A stretch of 60,462 nt of DNA, counting the filler, from Platydemus manokwari (lineage: Eukaryota): assembly GCA_037951405.1 (NCBI GenBank). It is 5 parts of 5 records of this genome, joined end to end, with 100 filler letters (N's around TTAATTAATTAA, not from the genome) between each part and the next. Parts side by side here need not be neighbours in the genome. Positions count along the whole stretch, not along the records: positions 21,500 to 35,590 come from JBBMOY011535856.1; positions 35,691 to 50,265 come from JBBMOY011440311.1; 3 more parts are not named here. One strand, 5' to 3'. Below, in pieces: positions 25,395-39,960 of the stretch. The notes beneath the pieces were generated by a model. The model was not told the origin of the DNA, ran no database searches, and saw nothing but the letters and a program-made list of their open reading frames with translations. The position numbers and the translations under genes are program-made. Within the stretch, counting starts at the first letter, position 1, and each line of letters starts with the position of its first letter.

Positions 25395-27394
25395 AACATG
25401 GCAATGAAATAAAATTAACAATTTGCTTTATTTATTCTATTTATGTTTAATCAAAATTTTGTATTTTGTTAATTGATTTTTTTTTTAATTTTTTCTATTT
25501 TTTTAAAATTTTTTTAATTTTTTTATCTACTGAATAAAATCACTCACAGCTTTTCACTTTAGCAAAATAATACAATTTAAAGAAAAAACTGATTTTAGAA
25601 GAATATCTGTAACTATTTATCATAGAATAACTGTAAGCATATTTGGAAGTAATCTCAAATATTGAAATTCACTGATAAATATTGCTAATTTAAAAAGTTT
25701 GTTCTGAGTTGATAGAAACTAATATGAAAAGATCATCACTGATTTTACAAAATATTGATCGATATTAAAAATAGAATGTTCTTTGGACATAATTACAGCT
25801 TAGATTACGTTTTCAATTATTGGAAACTGATAAATACTGATCGTAGTGACTAATCAATGAAATGACCAATTATATTTCACTATAATAAAAGCAGTGATTT
25901 CATGCATCTTGTCACATGTTAATAACTTACTCATTTTCGTTTTTCATGTTTTTCTCATTTTAAAAGTGAAAGAAAAAATAATTTTTTTTAACGAATAAAA
26001 ATTAGAATGTCTAAATCTGAGTGATGTTTGGCATTATTATTATTTAAAAATTATTATTAAATCTGATTGTCTAGTGTGTGAACATATTAATTGATTGCAG
26101 CTTTAAGAAACCAATAAATAATCTGAAACTGTTATCAACTAAAATTATGGACATCATTGTTAAAATGACAATGGAATCATGTTTGATACCAACAGAATAA
26201 ACTGGTATTCAGTACAATCTTAGAGCCAAAAAATCTTAAGCACGCACTTACTCAAATATTAAGTTGTTATCAGAATCATTCTTACGTTAACAATAACAAA
26301 ATTAACAATAGACGAAGTAACTCAAGTGAGATGAACGTGATGTAAATTAAAAAGCAATTTGGAATACTGTCATATGATTGGTTTATTTAATAATAATAAC
26401 GTATTTAAGTTGGAATAAAAATTCAAGATTAAAATATTAATTTTCCTACTTTTAAGTTTAAATATCAAAATTCAGTGAAATAACTTTTGATATTCATATC
26501 GATTCAATCTAAGATATCAATAATTATTTTAATCTTGAATATCTGCCAGTCTTTTTTGGTCGGTAACCTGAGTGTTAAGCTTATTTTTGTTTGATTTTTG
26601 GTAATCCATTTTTTTGATTATTTTCCATTCTTTTTTTGACTTTCGAGCGCTGATCCCGTCTTTAGTAATTTACTATTGTGAGTTGTGAAAAGATTTACTG
26701 TTGTTATTGAGACTTTAATAGCGATATTTTGATTAATACAATTTTCATATCTAAATTGTCGATTGATAACCCAACAGAAGTATGGTAAAAAAATATTTCA
26801 GTTGCTTTCAATATTAATTTGTATTGTGATTGCCTTATAATTGTAAGTCTCTAAAAATATTTTATTGATCGTATTGCATTGATAAATTAATGAATGGCTC
26901 CAATCAACTTATTTGTCCTGAGATCCGGCTCAGAATTTTGACTTCACTTCACTATCCAGTTTGTTTCCATGCATCAGTATTACGACGAAAAGCAAAAGTG
27001 TGAAGATATAAGCAAAATGTTTAAAATGATAAAACATAACACCGATAATATAAATATGTGAATATTTAATGTTTGCTGAGAAGTATATAAGTATCTCATT
27101 AATTATTTTCTTTAATATTGGTGTAGAATCTCTGAAAAAATTATTGCTTGTTAATTCATATTATCTTTAATATTTTGGCCAAATGCATGAGGCAATAGAT
27201 GTAAAACTATTAATAATAAATCAGCAATAATGATAAATATAAAAAGAATATAATTAATTTAGCAATAGAATCATTAGATATGTTACGTTTCTAGCTCTTG
27301 GAGCGATCTAACTCTTAATTCGGTTGGATGTAAATTGAGGTATAATAATGATTTATAATTAATAAATATTAATATTATTATCAGTGAATCAATA

Positions 27395-27515
27395 ATCATT
27401 AATCAATTATAGAATATTAAATATCAAAGATCCAATATCAATTATAAAATATCAAAGGCTAATTATCAATTAATAAAGACCAATCATCAATTATCAAATA
27501 TCAAAGACCAATAAT
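27395..27515. repeat. Degenerate minisatellite (AATATCAAAGACCAATxATCAATTAT-like units)
   Basis: About 4 imperfect copies of a ~25-30 bp unit. Confidence 0.55.
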
Positions 27516-28339
27516 ACTTTTCAATAAAATATATATTATGATTCAAAACTGAATACCAACAGGCAGATAGAGATAAAATAACTACAATATGAAATGTTTA
27601 CTCCTAACAATAACCAATTATGAATTTGGCGCTTATGATTTTTTAGTTTTCTAAGGTTTATGCTCGAGGCCGTAGCGACTTGAGCCCTGTTTATGATTGA
27701 ATTATTTAGTTGTAAGGCACTAATATAGCGGCTGCTTACTATTGAGGCGCATAAAATTTTTAATTAGAGATTTTAAAGAATTTAAAATTATTAATATGAG
27801 TTATGATAATTAATTTAAATTTTACTTAGCTCGACCAATAAACTTCGGTAATTAAGTTTAAGCAATTGGGCTTCGGATAATAAGTTTCGAATGATAAGTT
27901 TTCGGATAATAATCTTCTGATAAAAATTGCAGATAATAAGCTTTGGATAATATTTGCAGATAACACCCGTAATTAAAATCTTTCGTCCAAAAATATTGTG
28001 TGTCATTGTTTTTTGCTTCTGCTATTTATATGTGGAGGTTTTGTGGGCGTTTTGCCTAACTTTCAAATTTAATACTATATTTGGACATAACTCCCACATT
28101 AATTCTTTATTTGGACATTATTATTTTAAGTTTTGTGGGTGATTACTATATTTGGACATTTTATTTTATTTTAGGTTTAATTAATTTTATTTTTAGAAAA
28201 TTCGTCACCTCTATTTTTAGGACCATCATGTATTTTAAGATTTTTGGATTTTGTGGGCGGAAAGTAAAAAAAAATTATTTAATTTATTATAAGGCTTGGG
28301 CCATCCTTACAAACGCATAGATTACTTAGTAATTAAATT

Positions 28340-28760
28340 GTGCAGACAGTGAATGAATTCACAGTATTTGCTAAATATTGTTTCTAATGTTTCATTTGTG
28401 ATTTGTTGGTCAGTTCTTCTGGTAAAAATTCCCTAATTTCAAATGCATCTTTTGGGGAGTTACCGGGAAGCACATTATTTGTTCCCCCCTCTTGACTTTT
28501 CAATCATGTTTGAGGAACACCTTATCTGCTTTCTACTTTATTTTATGATGTTTGTTTTTATCAGTTGAAAGTTAAGGCTGATGTTCAGCATATATCCAAA
28601 TACCAGTGGCCCCCTTTCTCCAAAATGGCATTGTAGTAGTTTGGTCTTTGTATACTAGACCTTCTTTGTTCCATATCATTATGGAAATATTTCTATTTAG
28701 ATTATTGAGCAAAATTTGATTGTCATCATCCATATCATTACCACTAAGGTCCAGCAATTA
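28340..28760 (-). mobile_element. Possible piggyBac-type transposase N-terminal remnant
   Basis: An acidic segment is followed by W...PF..GATG and NSPKDAFE..FLPEEL...ITNET, resembling the PGBD N-terminal SPxDxF..F...E...I..ETN. Stops are present and no paired TTAA termini were found. Confidence 0.3.
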
Positions 28761-29525
28761 AATTGATTCTTTTGTTCCTTGTGCCTCATCGAATCCAAAA
28801 GTTTTGCCAATAAAAGGACACAGTACTAGAAATTTTCGGCAATTAAATTACACAAGGCCATAATGTGTGTTTTTATGTGAAGAGAACATAGTCATACTGA
28901 TTTTCTACAGCAACCAGTCCCATCCCGGTTAAGTGGCTAATCGAATCTTGTGAAATATTTTGTTTCTATTTTCTTCAGATGTCTTTGCCTATGCACGATG
29001 GGTTATTGGTGATGCAATCAATGTAGCTGCCTATTAATAACAGCAGTCACGGTGATTCGTTTGTAATTGTCGTTATTTCTTATCGTAGTTTCTTATTATC
29101 TTAGAGTTTTTCCAAAGTTTTCGTTTTTGAGTGTCATATCTTCTTCGCTTCGGTTTTATGATAAACAAATAAAACTACTTAAATAGAACTTTTTTCTTGG
29201 TAATTATTGATCTTTAATATCAGAGGAAAATATGTAAACTCGAATTTTCTCGAATTCTTTTGCTTTGCTTATGACAACCCTTAACAAAATATTAACTTAT
29301 AATAAATTATATGCTGAGCAATAATTAACCCGGTTTTGTTTACTTAATAAATCCAGATGGATAAAAATTACCTTTGTTCCACAAGCCGCAAAATAACACA
29401 GGATAAAATACAAATTCAAATGGTAAATGCAAATACGGAGTTAAAGATAGGAAAGCAAAATTATAAAATTTAAGATGACAAAAATAGCCATTAAAATTCC
29501 AAACAAAGGATTCGACCCTAACAAA

Positions 29526-32500
29526 TCACTCATGATCTTCTGGTAAATTAATATCTCTATTAGTCGTATAACTGTGGACAAGTTGTTTCGTCAAATCTAA
29601 ATAAAACATTGGTGATTTCGGCAGATAATCTTCATAAATTAAGCGATTTCCAGGGTTACTATGTGGAACTGCGGGCTCAATTTGTGTTCCTTCATGCCAT
29701 TCGTTAAATGATGTCACTCCAAAAGAGCGAGCTCCTGATTTTCTGACTTTTGAGAATCGCCTCAAATAATATTTACCATCATTTCTGGTTTGGGTTACAA
29801 AATCATTCCAAGGCCTAACAGATGAATCTTTGTATCCCGGTCCTATTGATGGATAAAATTCGACATTTCTCAATAAACATTTGCGATTGAGTTCAGACCA
29901 ATGATTGGACGCACTGAAAAAATGTCAAGATTTAAAACATTAGATAATAAGAAATAATTTTCATATATTGGAATTTAATATGAAATCACTGCAAATATCA
30001 ACATCAACAATACCTCTCTGACTCAAATATAAATTTAAAATTATTAACGAAATGACAGTTTAATTAGGATAATTAACTACCAATAACTTCAGTTCAATGA
30101 ATTATAAATACCCTTAACTTAATTAAGTCGTTGCTACTATTAAACAAGTCGTCATGGTTGTATGGTAATATATAGCAGAAGAAAACCCTAAATTTAGATG
30201 ACAACGCTAGGTAACCAACTAGATGGCCTACAGTATGAAAATGGAACTGTTAACAATTGCTACTTAAAATAGTAATTTCAACATGAAAAAGAAATTTGAA
30301 GAATCAAAATATGATGCGAATTCTCCATCCAATTATATTATTACAATCAATCGAAGAATGGTCAATTTTATCAAAGAATTATTATCATTCCAATTTTCTC
30401 TCGGTTTAAATTGAATTCAATCTTTCCCACCAGTGTTGGATACAATGGATAATTTTGGATGACATGAGGAATAAACTTATTTTATATTATTAATCCGTTT
30501 ATAAAATCACTTTAAATAAAATACTTAATTCACAGTTCTATTTTAATATAACACAATGCAGTCGAGTGCCCTTTAATATTCTTTGTTGAATTCAACATCT
30601 TTACGGTATGACATGTTTCAAATTATAAAAAATCTCACATCACAAATATGTTATTTTTATTCAATGAAGCTTTTATTTTTATGTATTTGTTATTTTTGTA
30701 TTTATTATTTATCGCACTTAGAATACATTTTACGTGACTTGGTCACTAAGATAAAAGTAATTTCAGATTCTGGATTTATTATCATTAATCTCGACATTGT
30801 TATAAATAAAATTATTTATAAAGTATATCAGTAAATGATTAATTATTTATACCATATGCTGAAGATTGCTGCGAATCCAATCGATAATGATAGACTAATA
30901 TTTCGAAATAAATAATAAAGGATTATTTTGGATTTATAGAATATAGTGAATGATACGGAGGAGTTCGAGGAATTTTAGACTGCGAATTGGCATTGATAGC
31001 GGTACCAAAGATTATTACTTAAAATCCAAAATATTACACCAGTCTGAACATTCAAAAGATGACAGTATTCACTGATTTATGACAAAACTCAGTATTAATT
31101 ACCAGTTTCATAGCATATAACCGACTTGGCAAACGCAACATTAACAATCTATGTTCCATTTACTTTAAAATTACGAAAAAATAGGAATCTTCTCCAAATA
31201 TATATTTATATGAAGAACATTGATTGATTTAATAAAGAATTCTTTATTCAATAAAGATTAATAAAGTTGTATATAATACTAATAAAATATTTAATTATAA
31301 AGATACAATTCAAACCAATGATGATGAATAAAACTTTATTGATCACTACATTGTTTCTCCACAAAATTCCAAACAGTGCATTTCACTTAATGCAGTTTTC
31401 ACTGGCCAACACGTCACAGTACATATATTAATAAATTTTCCTCTAACTTTTACTGGGAACCAATCAAAAGTTTGTGTGTGTTGTTTGAGAGTACCTCATA
31501 TTTTGATTTGTCAACTAGGATTTGTCAATACTTGTGCATGTGTCACCGTGAAGCCTTTTATTCTGTAAAATTGAAATCTTTATTCAATTTCGAATTTTAT
31601 TCTTCTATGATTATGCCAGTAAGATTATTCGGTTATGTATGTATGCAAAATATCGAAACACAGGTTCCAAAGGTCACTATTTTGTGTGAGATTCTTCCAT
31701 ACTTGACAATACTAATAATGTTTGTAGTTATTAAATAAATTTTTTACATAACGAATAAATTATATATTATATGCAACCTAAGAAGTCTTTATGATTTTAA
31801 AAAATCAACCAATAATGAAAACTAATTCGTGTATATCGAAGTTTATGTAAAGGGAAACAATAAATATTCACCTGCTATATGATACCTGTTCACCGGCAAA
31901 ATACGTGTAGCCAGCATCAAATCCTTGATTGGCCAAGTCGTTACAACTATCACGATCTAAAAGCAAACCAACCACGAAAAAATCGTATGGCTTATTACGA
32001 ATTATTTGTGATCCTTTCTTGCCAAAAATTTGCAACCAATCATTACCGGATATCAAATAACTATCATAAATAAAAATCACCGGCAAAGGTTTATCAGTTT
32101 TGAATCTAGGTTTTCTAAAATATGCTGAATGGTTGGCATAGTTTTTATAAATGTAGAGAAGATCCTCCTTAACAGATATTGCAGACCTTCCATCATACGG
32201 CTCGACATGGAGAGCTACCTAGATTGATATTATTATCCTAAATGATTTCACAAACACACAATTGATTTTAATTATTACTTTCGAGATATTTATTTAACAA
32301 TAAAACCAAAATTCCAGCTGGTACTTATTAAGTTGTTGGATAGTTCTAAACAATAAATGAAACTCTTACTCCAATTTCGAAGGTAAATAATATATTTTTC
32401 CGCGTATTAATCAAAACACAAATTACACTGTTCATAATATCAACCAAACTTGGCTTTCAACTAACAGTTATCTATCTTTACATCAATATTTATCTTCGAG

Positions 32501-35411
32501 ATTTGTGTATTTTTTGTGTCAAGTTGCATCATGTTTTGATTCGATATTTGTTTTTCTGTTCCTATAGGGTTTTTAAGTTTTTATATGATTGGGATTGGTC
32601 AGTCCCTATGTGTGTTTTGCTGTGTAGCTATGCCCCTTTTCTCAATTGTAGTTCACCATCTAACTTCACTATGATTGGCTGATTGCTATGCCTGCATGGT
32701 TGTGTAGGCATGCAAATGTTTCAAGTGGCAAAACAAGGTTTCCAATGTGCAAATCTGATTCAACAAAAGTCGAAAATTGAAATCTTGTTTGTAACAATAA
32801 AATCGCACACAAAGCATTTTATTGTGAAAATACGCTAATTAACATTTATTAAATGTTATTCTATTGATTATTAAAAACAGATTATTCTGTTATATATTTG
32901 AATTCATTTGGCTCTAAGAATATTGGATTGCCAATGTTTTCTCTATATTTTTACATTCAACGATACAGTATCATTGATACATTTTGAAATAAAGAAATGC
33001 CAAATTTAGGCTTTCTTGTTAAAGTTAAATTTTAGGGTTAAATGGAAATGTTTGACATATAAAATTAATGAACTAAAGTCAATTATTTATGTTGTTTATG
33101 GATAACCGTAGCGGATCAATAAATATAAACAATTGCATAATTAACTGCTCATATAATTTATTTGATTTACTGTATTATCAAATAAACATGATTTTAAATC
33201 CCTTCAATAATTTTAGCCATTCATCAAGAAAATTTCTTAATTAATCCTTCATATATTTATCACAAAATTAACGCTTTCTGTTTAAATAGAATATTAACCA
33301 GGACTTTATAATTCTTAAAATGATTCTCATTCAATTTTTTACGAAATAAATGGTTAGATGTGGAATAAAAATTATTGTTATTAAATTTGAAATTACCCCT
33401 ATCCCCATTGCCGCATCTTCATTGTCATAAGACCATGTCAATAATCACCATGGTATCCTTCATCAGATTTATGTGAACTGAACTTTGATATTTAGAAATC
33501 ATCCAATAAATTTTATTTTCAGTTATTTATACTAAATTTCATTGGATGAGATAATCAAATATGGAAATTATCTACTTATTAAAATCAATAGAATTGTTAA
33601 AATTATTTATTTCAGGTTGTTCAATTAAAAAAGAGTTCCACTTGATATTGTCATTCAAAGTTGAAAAAACTTATTATTAATGGAAATTATTATTATTATT
33701 ATTATTATTCTAAGTTTCCATGGAAAATTACACATTGGTAACCAAAACTATATATTTATAGAATTTCTCTTTTAATGATTATAGTCGGTGGAGATGTTTT
33801 ACATGCAAATAATATCAGTTGCTAAAATAATAACCAAGCTTCGAAAATAATCAAAGTTCTAGAGTAATTGATTGAAACGCCAATAATACCTAATCCAAAA
33901 CACTGTAAATTCATCATTATTGCAAAAGTGTGGAAGCTTATTGAATAACCATTTAACAAATCCATCGAGTAGTCAACTGATAAACTCAAACTCACTATTT
34001 TATAATTCATTCACTGTTTAATTGAAACTCAAGGTCATTTTACACACATTCACTCGAACTTACTGGGTGACATCGGGCACCTGTTGTATTTTAATTTTAG
34101 TTTCATATCATCATATCCCTCACAAATATCATTATTAATAATATTATCACTAGTATTATCATTATCTTTAGTTTTTATCATTTAGTGTTGTATTAATAAC
34201 ATTAATGATAATCATTATATTTGTTATAAAGGTTTGTTAATTGAATCATTGACAATTCCAACAAGCAGTCCATCGATAAGCAACACACACAGTTCTTTTT
34301 GCTCAACACTATTGGATAGGATATTTCAACACCTACGTTGAAAAATTCACTAATTGGTGCATGCAAATACAAATCCATTGAATCCACTTTAATATCATTA
34401 ATCACATGTACATCAGCACCTATTATAATTGCATTTTGGTTTCATATCAGTATTTCTCCTCTGAATTACCGACTAAATATTGAATATTAACAATATAAAA
34501 TCGCTGTTAGAGTTCCTATAATACTTTTAACACTAAACTAGCTCCTCAAATGCTATATATTTAATATCGACATAGTGATTTGGTAACAAAAATTATTGCA
34601 AAGTTTTGATTTGACAAATGAGGGGGTTTGAAATCTTAATAAGAAAAACTCTGCCAAACGAGTTTTAAATCAAAATACCAGATAACTTGTGTTATAAAGG
34701 ACATCAATAATAGTTAAGATCGATAATAATTATTATAAATATAAAATGAAATATTTTTATCATCAAATTACTTGTTCGAATTAGAAAAGCTTCCAATTAA
34801 CAAATGAAAATTCCACGAACCTTTAATTCGAATTGTTCAGCAATATCGAGAATGTTATTCACAAGATCATTCACTGGTTCACCATTTGGATCAGATCTGT
34901 TTTCGTTTAACCAAGATAAAATAATAACACCAATTCCGGTATATTTAATCATTTTCATGTGTTTTTCAATTAATTTTTTATCTCTCGAAGAATATAATCC
35001 CAGTGCCGGATAAAAATCAGCGCCAATATCATCAGGAGGATTATGTCGATCAAGTGAAAATTCCTGAATCAATCCTTTATTCCAATGGGCCAAACGTTTA
35101 TGATCCCAATGAATCCATTTTTTGTCTACCTCTAAATTACCGTACCAAGCATAATAAAATATATGAACATTATAATTCAATTGGCTTTTTGATTCATTTA
35201 TATAAGTTTCAAAATCAAATTTCTTAATAGTAGTTGTTTGAGATACAGTTTTAGTAGTAGTAGTAGTAATATATTTTATCGGAATTACTATTTCAATTTC
35301 ATTGTTTACCGAAGGAATATTCAGATAAACTATAATAATAACTATTATTACAAATGATGGTATAAGAATTCTTTTCAATTTTCGAAAAGGAATTTGAATA
35401 AATGTGACCAT
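29526..35411 (-). CDS. MANEA: Glycoprotein endo-alpha-1,2-mannosidase (GH99), type II Golgi membrane protein, 441 aa, 3 exons
   Basis: Exons 35411-34821, 32218-31872 and 29913-29526, in phase (1326 nt). N-terminal TM and Thr-rich stem, then HIFYYAWYG, PPDDIGADFYPALGLYSSRD, HVEPY, FIYDSY, GFDAGYTYFA, PSIGPGY.D..RPWN and the catalytic TSFNEWHEGTQIEPA. Confidence 0.96.
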
Positions 35412-35590
35412 GATATGAAAATCTGATTGGAAAATAAAAATAAAATGTTTAAATATTTTTAGAATAGTAATTCATAAAATTGCTTTTCGTTAATGCAGAA
35501 TTTAAATATGTCTTTTACAGGTTAGCAATATTCAAACATTCTGGTACTAAATTATTTTTAAATAATTATTAATCTTCAGAGTTCAGTGAT

Positions 35591-35690
35591 NNNNNNNNNN
35601 NNNNNNNNNNNNNNNNNNNNNNNNNNNNNNNNNNTTAATTAATTAANNNNNNNNNNNNNNNNNNNNNNNNNNNNNNNNNNNNNNNNNNNN
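35591..35690. other. Artificial assembly spacer
   Basis: 44N + TTAATTAATTAA + 44N. Confidence 0.98.
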
Positions 35691-38600
35691 AGCATTATCC
35701 AAAAGCCTTTTTGATCAATTCTTTTATAAACTTTTATTTAAAGATACAGTAATTAAATAAATAACTTCCTACTGTATACTTAATAATATATTTTACATTT
35801 TATACATATTACCTAACTAAGTCGTGGTGAACTTGCGTCTTTCAGTGAGCTTAAGTTTTTGCAAATATTTTTGAATTTTAGGTTGTATCTGGTCATTATA
35901 GGGAATAAAGAAATGTCGAGAGAAGAGCCTCTATTTTAAAATTTCAAATGCTTTAAAGAACTTTGATACCTTTTTACAGCATAAGTTAATATAAAACTTT
36001 GCTGCTTTAAGTTTTCTTAAGATAGAATATAACAATCACCTATATCCTGTAATTCTAAGAATGAAAGAAAACTATAATTAGTTCAATTAATTTTTTATTA
36101 AGTTAAAATTTCGTAATAATGATATTACAAAAATTTATGTTATTTTTATTTTATATTTATTTTATATTTATGTTTTCAATTGCCAATTAAATTAATTTTA
36201 AAATTAATATTTAAAATTCAGTTTGTTATAAATAATCACACTTCCATGTTTAATATCAGTGGATTGAATTACTGTCTAACATAAATTTTTAATAAGAATC
36301 TTTGATATTATTTTATTTTGGATTTCAGTTTTACGAATAATATACTAATGTCAAGGTTAGTTTTTAAAGTTACAAGTAATTAGCTATTTTATTTTAAAAT
36401 AATTTGGAAATCGTTTTTTTTATTTCTGTGAAGAAAAATGAAAATTTAAATGAAATCTCTTGCATTTTGCAAATCAATCTTAATACATATCTCAAAGATT
36501 TTAGACTTTGAAATGAGCTAGTAAAAGATATTGACGACTTGTATTACTCAAAAAGTTTTATATATAAATAAAAAATAAATTTTTGAATGTAAGAAATTAG
36601 GTAATATTAGTAATTGTTTTAAAGTAATTTGTTTATGGCAGCTGATCTGTTTGTTATATATTACTTGAGTCAACAAATTCTGCGATTTCTTAATCGCAAA
36701 TGCTCTAATTTTAAAGATGTTAGTATGTCATAATTCCCAATTATAAAATTCTTGATATTTTATTTTTGTTATTTTTACTATTACTTAACCAATAATTAAT
36801 TCCTACTAAGTCACAGTTATACATTGAAAAATATTGATAAATTATTTAAAGCTCACTTCACAATGGTTTGGTGCTTTATTCAAAACTCAGTCGTATGTAT
36901 AATTTACACGATAAGTGACATTCGGATAAATATAGTGGGTCTAATATCCACCTGGCTTAATACTGTGATTCTCTCTAAGAATAGATAATCTAGGTATTCT
37001 CAACAAAATGTTTCTGAACTAATTTTTGACTCATGCATAATTTAATGGTAAATCAGTACAGCCACTGCCACTTAGAGTATGAATTGAAACCATTGTGATT
37101 TAATTTTCATGAACTTTGATTTTCTCGAAACCGAGAATGGTAGAATAAAACAGAAGGTTTGATTTGATCCCTGGACGATACCATTGGTGATTATCGACAA
37201 AACAAGTTTGATATCTTTGAAAGCACATATCTCTGATAGAAAGAATACAATACATGCATTGGCATATAATGCATGGATAGAAGCAATTTGTTCTGGATAA
37301 AATAAAATAATTTAAATTTTCAAATAAATTCTATTCGCATCGTATAAGAAAGTTAAGATATCTCTAAAATTAAAAAAAACAATTAAAGCACTAATGATAT
37401 TAATCAAGAAATTTCATTAAAGTCTTTTATGAATCTGGTGTTTGAACGAAACATGGAAACAGACTTGAGAATACTGAAAAAATAGATTTAACATAATTTA
37501 ATATTTAAAATCTTCATCTTTCAAATTTTGTTTATGAATATATTTGAATGTCAATATAGGATCCACGACCTCGATGTGTCGTTTTTGCTTTCTCGAAGAA
37601 GAATAATTATATTGAGTTCAAATGAATTTATCTCTACGTAATCGCTTTTTCTAAAATTATTACTGTGATTTTTAAAGTATTAAATAATTATTTATTTATA
37701 TAATTTAATTATTTCTCTGCATTTGTAACCAAAATGAATTACGATGAGTTCAATTGCGGTCACTGAGGATAATATTATCACTTTAAAACCAGGTTATAGG
37801 ATGGTGATCATAAATCTGTTAAGAAAAGTATTGTTATTTGATGTTATGAGTTGGGATTTTATTAAATTAAGTCATTTGTTATTTATTTAACTTAGTAACT
37901 GATAACAGACATTTAAAAATATTTAATTTTTCCATTCAAATCCACAAAAAAATTATCCTATGAAAGACAGATAATTGTAATATGTCCTAATTTCAGTGTT
38001 GGTTAATTGGCTTAAAGTCCGTTGTTTCGTGATTATATTATCAGTATTCCTTGTGCTTCATCCGATAGTCGGCCACTTTGGTTTATGTTCGACAATCTCT
38101 GGGTGTATGTCCTGTTCGTTTACAAAATGGCTCAAGTTTGATTATTATTAATTCGATAGTATATTTTTTATCATTTTTCCGGTTGTTTTTTGCTTATTTC
38201 AATTATTATTTTTCGTTTAATTTCCTCATCTTAACCTGATTTATTTCAACGAAGTTATTTCTTTTTGTTTGTCACTCAAACTTATTCTAATGCCAAGTAA
38301 ATATTATTCACAAAGATGATTATTTGGCTGAGTTCTTAGTTCCTAGGGTTAACATTAGTTAATGTGTAAACTCTCTAACATGTTCACATTGATGTTGTTT
38401 TTATCTTTAAATGTTTACCTAAAAGATATGTGGTATTCGCTCGTTATTTACCAGTTATCCAATTTTTTGGCGGTGTTAGTAAATTCATTACGCAATTAAA
38501 ATTTCCTTTGGTCATTGCAATCAAATATATTGGGAAGCGTTTATCATTTGATCTAACTTAAGTATAAAGATAGGAAAGCTGGTAATAATCACCAATGAAT

Positions 38601-39764
38601 ATATGGTATAAACCTTGATCACTATTATGCGATTTGACTGAAATTTTGAAAAGATTTTCATAATTTCTATTATATTCGTATTTTCTTTCTGTTAAGATTG
38701 CACAGTCTTTGGAATTTTGTCTACCATAATTTTATTACTTAACTGAAATTTGAATAAATTTAATAATTATTTTAAAATAGAATGATTGGTCAGTCACCAT
38801 ATAATCATCATTTTGTTGATGTTTTATAAGAATAGGCCATAATAAATTATAATAATAAGATAATAACCTACTCAATAGTGTAAAAGCGGAATGTCTAATA
38901 AATTTTGTGGGCAGAAAAGTAAAACTAAAATAACGAATTTAGTAGTAGATAATTGTATTCGGATATTCGGGAAACATAACTCTTTGCTTTAATTATAAAA
39001 ATCGCACGTGGAAACATTTAAATTTGTATAGAATTCAGTAGAGTTGATAATATGTATTATTCAGACACAATTTAATTTTTTCTCTAATTCGAATGCTTTG
39101 GTAAATAACATTTAATAAATAATTCATCGAATAAATGTTAAACAACTTTTGTAAAATAAATTGCATGTCGTTTGAAAATTTAAATGCTGATATTCAAGTG
39201 CCAAAAATCGTGTAAAATTTTTGAGTCTGAATTTTGTTTTGTCAGTTATATAACTGACCCCCAAAGCATATATCAAAGAACTTTTTTGTCTTTCGGGTTT
39301 ATTATGAGTTATAATGATACATAACTTCTTGATTATTTTTTTGAAGAATTTATTATAATATACAAATTTTTGTGTTAATTGGACTGTTTACATATTGAAA
39401 ACTTTCTTTAACATAATTTTAAAATTTTCTTTTAAAATGTTTCATTTAAAATTTATTCTAACATTTTCTAAAATTCTTTAATTTAATTATTTTACAATTA
39501 TTTTGTTAGTATGTTAATTTATTTTTATTTTACATATTTTTTATGATTGATTGACCATGTAATTGATAGGTAATTGCAACGCTAAAAGGTGATGAGTTGT
39601 GTTTAAATAAATGATAAATTGACAAAATATCAAAACAACCTTACCGAGTAAATAAGATTTATTATAAATACAATTAACACCAATACAATATTGAACATCG
39701 ATAAATCAATGTAGCAACAATTTATATATCCTCTTCATCGTCTTCTGGAAAATAATTAAGGGTT

Positions 39765-39960
39765 TATGAGCTTAGCTCTACATATAGAAATATAATGGCT
39801 TATATAAATTGTGGATGATTTTGCAAAGATATTCATACATGCGTACGGCAACAGGTTAACAGTACTTCCAGAGATACAATGAGTATTAAAGACTTTGGTC
39901 CTAATGAATCCTGCGCTGGCAATCGTAGGACGATTATAAATGTAAACCTGTGGGTTCGCA
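39765..39960 (+). mobile_element. Possible retroviral-type integrase core remnant
   Basis: IVDDFAK...IKDFGPNE resembles the rve motif pattern IVDxFSK...FGxPE; frameshifted. Confidence 0.3.

Noticed and set aside
26990-27290. Minus-strand hydrophobic stretch (FIIIADLLLIVLHLLP) as a GPCR pseudogene
   Set aside because: Only one TM2-like segment; AT-rich DNA yields such I/L/F runs by chance.
27845-27965. Repeated (T)TCGGATAATAAG-like motifs as a CRISPR-like array
   Set aside because: Short, degenerate and irregularly spaced with no unique spacers, in a eukaryotic context. More likely subterminal repeats of a non-autonomous transposon whose ends I could not define.
31231-31248. 18-bp perfect palindrome AATAAAGAATTCTTTATT in a MANEA intron
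   Set aside because: Nearly all A/T; plausible by chance at this base composition.
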